Shown here: positions 12,155 to 21,235 of the stretch, one piece after another | Position numbering within the stretch: the stretch's first letter is position 1 | Layout: every line of letters starts with the position of its first letter | DNA from: Alloascoidea hylecoeti | Taxonomy: Eukaryota | Direction: 5' to 3' | Length of the DNA stretch: 21,235 nt | NCBI GenBank assembly: GCA_001600815.1 | Contig: BCKZ01000042.1 | Span: forward strand, 62,001 to 83,235 | The notes under the pieces: generated by a model | What the model saw: the letters and a program-made list of their open reading frames with translations, nothing else | What the model was told of the DNA's origin: nothing | Databases searched by the model: none | Made by a program: the position numbers and the translations under genes

Positions 12155-13412
12155 TTATTTTTATCCATCTATAAGTAGTTATGAACCGAAAACTTCTTGT
12201 ACTAATTTATATAATAATAGAGGGGTTTAAGGCATGTGAAATATATATACTTTTATAATATATATGTATAATTTAATATTAATATTATTTTCAATTAATT
12301 TATATTAAAGAGTTTGTAGAAAACAGTTAGGATAAAAATTTGAACAATTTCTTATAGAATATTTTAAGGGTGTTCTTACGTAGGCAGAGACATCTCGGAT
12401 TTGTAACATTTAGGTATATTTTTGATTGGTGACACACCCTGAAAATGGTATTAGCATTTTAATCGAGGTTGACTTATTAATATCTAGTTGATAGATCAAA
12501 GATACAAGCTGGATTAGGGATAGGGAATGCTATACTTTCTAGAAGATTTGTTCCAGGAGATGCCAATAATGAGAGTGATTCCTTATTTCAGTTTTGGATT
12601 TAGTAAGTAAAAGAATACCTTCACAAATTAACAGTTTTTTTATCTCTTGATTTAACTTGTAGAACTTTGTGTTAAATACCAAAAAAAAAGTCTATTAATT
12701 TTAATTTAATTATATTTCACTTCATTTTGTAACTGAAAAAAGATGCCTTCCATATATTTCTTGGGGAATTCTTTCTCCAACCCACGTATACCATACAGTA
12801 ATTTAATTGCAATCTTCATCATTATGTGATCCAATCGAATGGAGGTATAGTGCTTTATATGAACGATTTCTTTATTACTTGTTCCATAAAAGACCTTCCA
12901 ACGATGATTTTTCTAATAGACTGACTGACATTTGTTTTCAGTATTGGTATTGTACCTTTACAAAGTTCACATCAAACACAAACAGTTCACCTTATAAATT
13001 TTTTTATCCAAATAGTCAGCTTAATTAGTGGTAACGGCAGACGACTTGAATTCTTGTGGAATGAGATATTCGGAAAATGACTGGTTTAAGGGAAGGTGGC
13101 GATGAAAAGTGATTTGTTTATCAAAGATGTTAAACAATCACTAAATAATATTTATTAGAGACTTACCATTAACTGAAAGAGTTATGACAATTAATGTCTT
13201 CATTCTGTCAAAAATTAATTACCACGCCCATTTATAGCCATTAAAGAATTCAGAAATACAGGACATTCAAAAAGAAATAAAAAAAAAGAATTCTTAATCC
13301 TAAACTCTCAATAAGCACAGAAATATTATAAACTCCTCAATCACTAGGATGCTTTAGCCTTTTACATACGCTTCGAAGGGTTGCATGCTTCTTGGACCAT
13401 TAATTTATTAAG

Positions 13413-13508
13413 TGTTGGATATATATTACACTCTTAGAACAGTTCACTAAAGAGTCGATTGGCTTTTTGGCGCAACTGGGAGAACAGGCACTTTGAACTT
13501 TAACATTA
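13413..13508. repeat. LTR-like terminus fragment, copy 1 (inverted relative to 19486-19534)
   Basis: Begins TGTTGGATAT. Positions 13475-13508 are the exact reverse complement (34 bp) of 19486-19519, and 13413-13431 matches the reverse complement of 19518-19534. Confidence 0.7.
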
Positions 13509-14237
13509 AGTGAAGAAAATAAAATAGCAATGATTCATCATAGAGCAACTTTACAAGACTTACGTAAAAATGAAGTCGATACCATAGACATTTTGAAAAA
13601 AGAAAATTTCTTCAGTACCATAGGTATCATCCAGTATGTATAAAGCAGACTATTATCAAACAACTCTAAAATTACCAATGTATCCGAGAGGACCACGAGA
13701 GATAAGTCAAAACAATAAAAGATTTACTTGAAAGCCTTCAGTAACTTAACCATTTGCGAAGATAGTATATAGGAAAAAATTACCCAATTTTCAAGGTAAA
13801 TGGCAGAATAAACTAATACATATTATTTCTGGATCCAAATGTAGAAACCGAGGAGCACATATTCAATCACTGAAGAATAAAAACAATAATATTTGAACAT
13901 TTTATGGGAAAAGATTATCAATTAAATGAAATATTTGTGATTCCACAAAACAAAAATGAATTAATTTAAATCAACGATATAGGAGAGGCAATCAGAAACC
14001 TGAGAAACAGAAGAAGATTCGGAACAACGACATTAGAATCAACAGACAAAGAAATTTTAACTGCAGTGAAAACTGACATTAGAAGAGTCAATAATCAGTA
14101 CTTGTGATCATATAAATTTATGATATATTTTTAAATATTTGTTTCAATCAAACAAAATTAACTTTCTATAAAACAAATTTAATAGTCTAGCTTAAATAGT
14201 TATACTTTTAATATAAAATATTGTATAGAAAAAAAAA
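13509..14237 (+). mobile_element. Degenerate 3' end of a non-LTR (LINE, L1/Zorro-like) retrotransposon ORF2, tentative
   Basis: Purine-rich, stop-interrupted, coding-like sequence: …KIVYRKKLPNF… then, frameshifted, LFLDPNVETEEHIFNH* (13844-13873), resembling the CxxC..ETxxHxFxxC knuckle with the last Cys read as TGA. The frame continues to TGA at 14105-14107, and an A9 run lies at 14229-14237. Confidence 0.45.
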
Positions 14238-15700
14238 GTTTAGGTTGGCTTAATCCATGGTGTTGAATGAATATAGGTAGAATAATATCTGATTGTCAAG
14301 TTAATACAACTGGAGTAACGATTAATGCAAGTCGTCATTGTGTTGCAACTTTACAAAACAAGTTACAGCATAGAAAATAATCATTAAGTTACTGAAATCA
14401 CATAAAGGTTATAGTGCTACAATACTATTGATAGATATCTACGTTTTATTGATAAATTGTTAAAAGAGCAGTTAAGTCTCCCAATAGAATATGCTAACGA
14501 TTTTACTTTCTGCACACACACACACAATGAGACGAAAATTAATATCGATCGGTTTCTACTATAACTATAACTTATTTAATTATAGCATTGCATTTTATCC
14601 AACTTAGAATGAAAATTAATGATAACTTCAATTTCAATAACAAAGAGAATCGAAATAAGAAGTAAACCTTCTTTAAATAATCAATGTGTAGTTAATCTAA
14701 ATGGAAAATTAAATATCATTAATAATTCCAATTATTTTTACATTCTTTGTTTCCTAAAACAAACTCAATAATAAATTTTATATTTGTATTTACATGTTAT
14801 ATTGGATTAAAATAAATTATAAAATGTCAGTAACTTATTTATTATTATCAATACCCTTTTTCCAAATATTTTGAATATTATCATTTGTTTGCAAATCATG
14901 ATTAGAAATAATATTAAGAAAGAAGTCGATAATAGAATTTGAACCAAGCTGGAGTTAGATTGAGATAATAAATGATTATTGTATAACTGAATTAAAGGTT
15001 AATTATTTTTGTCACTTTTGTTTTCATCTATTTATAATTAAATTTCAAATATTTCTGAAGGTGTCGGCATGGGGAACAGAAGGGTTAATATTCATGATCT
15101 AAACACATAAACACAAAGATAGATGAAAATACTTTTCCCTTCATTTATTCTGATTCCTTCTAACAGCGAAAGGGTAACTGTATTTTTATAGACTATAACC
15201 ATATTCTAACAGTAGCAGTAATTAAATCCAAAGCTCTTTCATTAGGTGTAAGAGCAGATAATATTGTTGGTGGTTCAATATTGACCTTGTATGATTATTA
15301 TTATTATGATTACTATAATCTTGATGGTTTTTTGGGAATCCATGTTTATTATCTTATATTTGAATCCAAAGAAATATTTACATTGGTCTTTGAATATGAA
15401 TTTTCCAACTATGAGATTTGATTTGATCACAGGTTTATCTTTTAACGGCGTATCAAATTCACCCATGTTAAAAATTCCATTTTTAAAAGATAATGGATTT
15501 GAAGCTCTGTTCATTATTCATCATATCGATATGTAAATGGCGGCGAAAATGGAAAAATATAAGCATAGAAAAAGAATAATCTATGCAAGTCAAAATAAAG
15601 GTATGCAAGCAAACACGTGCATCTGCATCTGCACCATACCCATTTTCATCCATTCAGTACTTCAGAATTTCCTTTCTTACATTCATCCCCTTTTTTTATA

Positions 15701-16068
15701 ATGCCAAAAGACGCGTCCGAAAAAACAAGAAGAAGAGCCAAGGTCGTTAGAAAGAAGAAGGGTATGCTAATATAAGCTCTATATCTAACCATTATTCTGG
15801 AACGCGTTAACTAATCAACCGATTCAACCTAGATCTTGATGCTCCAAAACGTGCTCTTTCAGCTTATATGTTCTTTGCCAATACCAATCGTGATGTTATC
15901 AAAGCTGAGAAACCAGATGTCACATTTGGTCAAATTGGTAAACTCCTCGGTCAACGTTGGAAATCTTTATCACCAGCTGAGAAACTTCCTTATGAAACTA
16001 AAGCTCAAGCTGATAAAAACAGATATGAAAAAGAAAAGGCTCACTATATCGCCAATAAACAATACTAA
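15701..16068 (+). CDS. NHP6: HMG-box chromatin protein Nhp6, 98 aa; exons 15701..15761 and 15833..16068
   Basis: The spliced product [92 protein letters not shown] is a classic Nhp6 basic tail plus HMG box. Confidence 0.96.
15762..15832 (+). other. Spliceosomal intron in NHP6 (71 nt, phase 1)
   Basis: G|GTATGC donor at 15762, ACTAAT branch-like at 15810-15815, TAG ending at 15832. G+AT gives the Asp of KKKD. Confidence 0.92.
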
Positions 16069-16806
16069 ACGTATTTATTAATTATTAATCAGCTTATTAA
16101 TTGGTTTTATGATTATTAAATATCTATTTCCTTTTTGATTGACTAACCGATAATGTCCACTCTTTAAAAATGCTTGTTAATATTTGCTATAAATCTGTCT
16201 TTTTTGTAACTTGTCTGTATCTAAATCTTCATGATTGTGTGTCAATGAATAGTATAGTAATAATATATGAGATATAAATTAAAAACTGTATAATTTTTAT
16301 ATGATGCTTTAATTGTAATTTGTCTTGTTTAATAGACATCTACGTTGGATCTGACATCGATTATTTATTAATTATAATATATTGCGTCTTAAGTCGTGGA
16401 TTTAAAGTAAATAATCTATAATTAATACTGGTATTTCTCAATGGAAATTTGAGATACTACATCAAATTCACTTTGCCTTTAATTCGATTTCAATAATTAA
16501 ACAATCTTAACCTACACATTGTTAAAGTAGAAAAAAACGAGGATCTTATCTACAGATTATACACTGATGTAGATAACTAGTAGCTATACCAGACTTGATC
16601 ATATCCATATATCTCACTGACCATAGTTAAGACATAATTAAGACATCTTCAGGGCAGTCAATTGCAAATAACCATATCTACCGTGATTCTTATAAACCAC
16701 TGATTCCAAAACCATCAACCAAAATATTTTATTATAAATAAAATCTGCTTAATCTGACAATTTTGATAATATAATTTTGATAATTTATTTTTCTAATTCC
16801 TGTTGT

Positions 16807-17601
16807 GGCGTGAGAATTATTCTAAGGGCTATAGCATTGATTTCGAACACTCAGTTCCGAGCTTCAAACTTGCATAATAAAAGATGAAATCGAGGAGATT
16901 TATAACGCTATCTGGAAACTCTTAACCCATATTTCAACCACAAATTACAAATCCAGCAACACATATATCTTATTAAAAGTGGTATAGGCAGACTCCTTTT
17001 AATCTTATACTAATGAAAATATTGAATTTATATTTTTGTTTGATATTTGAATAACTTTTTACTGTTTTCAATTCAGAATTGGTGAGTTCAAGCCCCAACA
17101 TCATAGGATAACGCTTACACGATAACAACAATTACAGGAATAAAATATCAAATATATACTATCAGAATTATAATATTTAATAGATTCTAGTGTTATTACT
17201 TTTAATAAAATATATCTGTTGCTGGCTAAGTAATTTTGTGGTTGAAACGCAACGGTTTTGAATGTCACAAGCAGTACTTAAATTTAGTTCTTCTCAATTT
17301 TCACTTTTCACTTCAAATGTAGCCCTAAAAAAATATCTAGACTATTCTATTAACTTTGGAAAATAATTCACGCCCTTATTACATTTTCCAGTTAATTATG
17401 GTCTTACTAAAATTTGAGGTAAACATTGGAATCGGTGAGCTCGAAATAAACTTCTTTTTAGAAAAACACATACACTACAAGAAGAATTATAGTAATAATT
17501 TATCAAAATATGTCATCAGATTAGTGAGATCAAGTAGATTTTAATGATATTATTTATAGAAAGTTATATTTATTGCTGACTTCACAATTCGTGGTTGAAA
17601 T
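16807..17601. repeat. Diverged ~350-bp repeat family: inverted pair (~16807-17037 vs ~17141-17374) plus a direct copy (17076-17247 vs 17429-17600)
   Basis: 16932-16980 matches the reverse complement of 17198-17247 at 44/50 columns by hand alignment. GTGGTTGAAA at 17238 and 17591, and GAATYGGTGAG at 17076 and 17429, both give a 353-bp offset. GGCGTGA (16807) mirrors TCACGCC (17368-17374). Confidence 0.75.
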
Positions 17602-18787
17602 TTCGGGAAATAGGCTTGAACAGTTAGAGGTCGCAAAATGGTTAGCAAAATATGACAGTATTATAAAATGCATTCACTATTATTTTCGATATCTTTTAAC
17701 ATACAGCTATTGCTACCCATATTAATTCAATACAATTACAATTAAGTTTGTAATTGAACAAATTTAATATATGGATCCCATTCAATTATATAAGCTATCT
17801 ACTTAAATTCAATTGTCTGGAATTATATTCAACTATACAAAAATTCTGAAGGAAACATTCCAATTTGAGACACTTTGAAAACGTTGAGGATGTTGTTATT
17901 AAACCACACACAGGTGCAAATGTTATTTTGAATTTTAAATTCAACATTTCTGAAATGCATATGCATGGCTTTATTGTAATGGAGAAATAATCACACAGTA
18001 TTAAATTGAGACTGTTGAAAACCTCGAGAATAATCTTTTAAGTCTGAAGAATTTTGAAAAATGTTAAATGATTATATAGGACTCAGTTTGAAAGCTCAAT
18101 GGACATAGGATTGTATAATCATAAAATAATAATATGATTATTTATTAAACCTAGGTTAATTTAACAAGTAGTGTGTAATTAGGAAAACCAAAATATTACA
18201 TCTTTTTTTGAAAATTCTTGTAATCAATATTTTGGAAGTGATGATTATTCTAATACTAAAGGAGAACCTCTGTAGTTGATTTAATAGGCACTTGATTCAA
18301 CCATTTTATCTTATTTACGTTTTTAGATTACTTGAGTTCGTAATATGAGTTATGTTTTGTATGAAATACTACCCTAATACTTGATATTAAAGTATTAAGT
18401 ATTTAGTTATTTAGTGCGAATTCACAATCTCTTTATTTACAAACGCGATTTTGATCGGCTCCTTCATTAAAACTTAAAGTAAAGAAAATAGATAAACTCT
18501 ATTTATCACACTTATGTATATCCATTCAACGGAAATTCTAACTTTAAGATTTGGAAGTGTTTGGATCAAATGGTTATATATCTTGCAATTAAAGTAGAAT
18601 AATGGTGGGTTTAAGGCCNGTATAAATATGCAAGTAAAAGTAACATATAATATATGTAATATGTATAACCTGTACCACGTATGACTTATTAGGTTCAGGT
18701 TAGGTTATCTATAATCAACTAATGTCATCAAATGTATAAAACTAAGGAACAAACCATCCAAAAACGTTTTGCTCCACAATCCTTTNC

Positions 18788-19060
18788 AAACAACAACAAG
18801 AACAACAACAACAAATTCAAGCACAAAATAATGGAACTGACTCAAATAAAATGATTGAACTCCTACCACTATATTTTCCAAGAGCTATTTANCTCCTCTC
18901 ACCAGCTTATTTCCCATAATTTNGTACNATGTCAATGGAGACCCGGATACTTCAAAAAAATACGAGGTGGAGAATTAAACAAAACCAAACAATCGAAATA
19001 TTTTCAGCATTATCTATGCTTAAATATAGGTATACACTTAGTTATATAGCGCAACAATTG
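18788..19060 (+). mobile_element. Degenerate Ty3/gypsy-like gag C-terminal relic, tentative
   Basis: An (AAC)n low-complexity tract, then across two frames SMET…/KKIRGGELNKTKQSKYFQHYLCL/…YRYTLSYIAQQ. This resembles the gag pattern PME(L/I)D..RGxLxxxExxRRxxxxLCxxCxxxGHxAxxC with several decayed residues. Confidence 0.4.
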
Positions 19061-19243
19061 ATGAATAATAAGTTCATATTAGAGCACGAATATTTATATA
19101 TATTGCATTATAAGATAGAAACCTACGGAGCGCTTGAGAAATCAGTAGAATATTAATCATTTCAAACCGATATTTAAGTGACTCCAGAAGTTTCCATTAA
19201 TTTCCTTTTCGATTTAATATTTAATTTGTGTGATCTAAAATAA

Positions 19244-19265
19244 GGGAATAGGGTAGATGGGTGGG
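19244..19265 (+). other. Purine-rich G-tract: G-quadruplex-pattern motif or possible polypurine tract
   Basis: GGG-AATA-GGG-TAGAT-GGG-T-GGG fits the G3N1-7 x4 pattern in an otherwise very AT-rich background. Confidence 0.5.
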
Positions 19266-19485
19266 TTATCTAACGTCGACTCTATGTATGTAAATGTGCA
19301 TGCATTTCTTTGCATAAATGCACATAAAGATTGTTTAAAAACATAAAACAAAAAATGAAAAACTGAATGGCATCAATTACATAAATTTATGTAAAGAGTT
19401 TAAATAAATGTGTATACTTTTCTTTGAAGATTTTTAAAAGATTTAGCTTAAGGTATATTTAAAAGATTTGAATAATTTATTAATA

Positions 19486-19534
19486 TAATGTTAAAGTTCA
19501 AAGTGCCTGTTCTCCCAGTGTAGTATATCCAACA
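19486..19534. repeat. LTR-like terminus fragment, copy 2
   Basis: Ends …TATATCCAACA. It is the reverse complement of 13413-13508 minus an internal ~45-bp segment bounded by ACT microhomology. Confidence 0.7.
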
Positions 19535-20731
19535 TATAATGTCATCGGAAAAATGATGGAAATGTATGCGTACGTTATAAATGTCAGTCAAAATGGTGAA
19601 TAGGTTTTATAGCCTACTAAATGGATGAAACGTGAATTCCAATATATACCTGTGTAAGTGTACTTGTTAAATGAGATAATTAACTTATCCTCAAATTAAT
19701 AAGCTACAAATCATTTCTTGTTGTGATATAACTCTTGGAATAACATACATGTATATATATTAGTGGAACTTTTAACGCACGATGTGAGGAACATGGTACA
19801 TATGGTTCTTCAGAATTTGAGATTTACTGCAATCATAAGCTAGAGAAAAATAGGGTGTGCACCTGTTATGGATTATCTTTCGATATATAGTAACTTTAAC
19901 CTTGCAAGTTGTAACTGTATAATGAAAATTTATATTATACTCGTAGTTATTCAGGCACGTAAAAAAAAGTTTGAATTTTCTTCTGTAAGAAATTGATCTA
20001 AGGTTTATAATGATATTTTTATTTCAGTTTGTTATACTTCTACCACCAAGTGCGATCCACCTGTAGGCGCCCACCGGTCAGTAAAACCAGAGACTTTATA
20101 ATTTGAATACAATGATTATTCAAAAACGTAAACGTATAAACTTAGATGGCATATAGTCCAAAAAGACTTTTATGTTCCGAGATTTAGAGTGTCGGATAAT
20201 TATAAGGCCTTACATTTATTCTTTACCCCACAAGTGACATACTTCTAACGAAACTAATGGGGAAAAAACACCTTCAGCGATTACATAACATCGAGACCAA
20301 TATGTATATTGATACTCAAATTGAAGAACAAATAGAAATCTAATTATTATTCTAAGGTGTCTTCCAAATCAAATAATAGGGTTATCAATAATATCTGATA
20401 TAACTATCGACTAGCCTAAGAATATGTAAAGTTTGCTGATATCAATTATTTCTTCCTTGAAACTTAATATGTGTCAGGAACTTTAAGCTTATTTCTGCGT
20501 AATTTAACAAATTTTGATTAATTACATATTAGAGAGTAACTGTTTAATATTTTTAGTTACAATTAAGAAGTTTAAAAAAGTCTATCATTATAATTTCAAA
20601 TTCACGAAAACAGTTATTATACAATTAATCGGATTATATTTGCATATAAATATTGGTATTTTCCTATATTTAATTTTCAATAACAAACTGGTTTTCCAAT
20701 TTATATCGTTTAATATATTTAATATTTCAAA

Positions 20732-21235
20732 ATGATGGTCCAATTAAAAAGTCTATGTTTGGTTCTAGTACTCCCTCTTACAACTATTGCAGATAGTTCA
20801 ATAAGTTCATTACCTACAACTACTAATTGTCTTGAATGTGAAACATCATCATCTAATTTCACTAACTCAAGTTCAACTTCGGCACGAGTCACTATTTCCA
20901 GTTCAAGTTATTCCAATATTACTTTATCGAGTAATGTACCTTCCCAAGATCCAGAAATCACTATTCCTAGTTCAAAACCACCTGCTAGATTACCAGTTAC
21001 ATCTTCAAGTTATTCCAATATTACTTTATCGAGTAATGTACCTTCCCAAGATCCAGAAATCACTATTTCAAGCTCAATTCCACTTACTGTAATAACATCA
21101 AGTTCTGCTCTTCCAAATACTAGTTCAGGCTCAGACTCTACCCGTTTAACAATTTCGGAATCGGTCCCAATATTCTTGGTATCTTCTCTATCTCCGGTAT
21201 CAACTTTGAGCTCTGTACCTCCTACACTATCCACC
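20732..21235 (+). CDS. Secreted Ser/Thr-rich (cell wall/adhesin-like) protein, 3'-partial
   Basis: ATG 20732 opens a frame that stays open to the window edge (168 codons). It has a signal-peptide-like start MMVQLKSLCLVLVLPLTTIA, then DSSISSLPTTTNCLECETSSSNFTNSSSTS…, very S/T/P-rich, with NFT, NSS, NIT and NTS sequons and an internal repeat. Confidence 0.85.
   Translation, partial: MMVQLKSLCLVLVLPLTTIADSSISSLPTTTNCLECETSSSNFTNSSSTSARVTISSSSYSNITLSSNVPSQDPEITIPSSKPPARLPVTSSSYSNITLSSNVPSQDPEITISSSIPLTVITSSSALPNTSSGSDSTRLTISESVPIFLVSSLSPVSTLSSVPPTLST
20902..21067 (+). repeat. Intragenic direct repeat, 2 x 64 bp identical, 102-bp period
   Basis: 20902-20965 is identical to 21004-21067 and encodes SSYSNITLSSNVPSQDPEITI twice. 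Confidence 0.95.

Noticed and set aside
12360..13130. Coding-like stretches, including ORF 12807-13028 and a ~68-codon open minus frame
   Set aside because: No motif I can recognise. Possibly further decayed elements, but unsupported without a search.
17081..17100. GGTGAGTTCAAGCCCCAAC resembling a tRNA T-arm/B-box
   Set aside because: The stem is imperfect, and there is no A-box, anticodon arm or acceptor stem.
19753..19890. IYISGTFNAR resembling the GDFNAR motif of LINE AP-endonucleases
   Set aside because: The catalytic Asp is absent and the other endonuclease motifs are not identifiable. A single short match is insufficient.

Overview
AT-rich eukaryotic DNA from a fungus, most likely a non-Saccharomycetaceae budding yeast, judged from short GT-AG introns with YTRAY-type branch sites. 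Five protein genes are supported: (1) the 5' ~2,080 codons of a TOM1/HUWE1-type E3 ubiquitin ligase on the minus strand, running off the left edge, with one coding intron and a probable 5'-UTR intron; (2) mitochondrial seryl-tRNA synthetase DIA4 (minus strand, 2 exons); (3) an 843-aa N/K/I-rich coiled-coil protein of unknown function (plus strand, 2 exons); (4) HMG-box protein NHP6 (plus strand, 2 exons); (5) a secreted Ser/Thr-rich, cell-wall-like protein running off the right edge. The ORF track misses or mis-models all five because of introns and window edges. NHP6 sits alone in a gene-poor stretch of ~8.5 kb (12.2-20.7 kb) holding decayed elements: a LINE-like 3' relic, a Ty3/gypsy gag-like relic, two inverted copies of an LTR-like terminus ~6 kb apart, and a diverged ~350-bp repeat in both inverted and tandem arrangement. 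I see no clear evidence of a complete new biological system. The best leads are this repeat-rich island and the orphan coiled-coil protein. All calls were made by eye, with no database searches.
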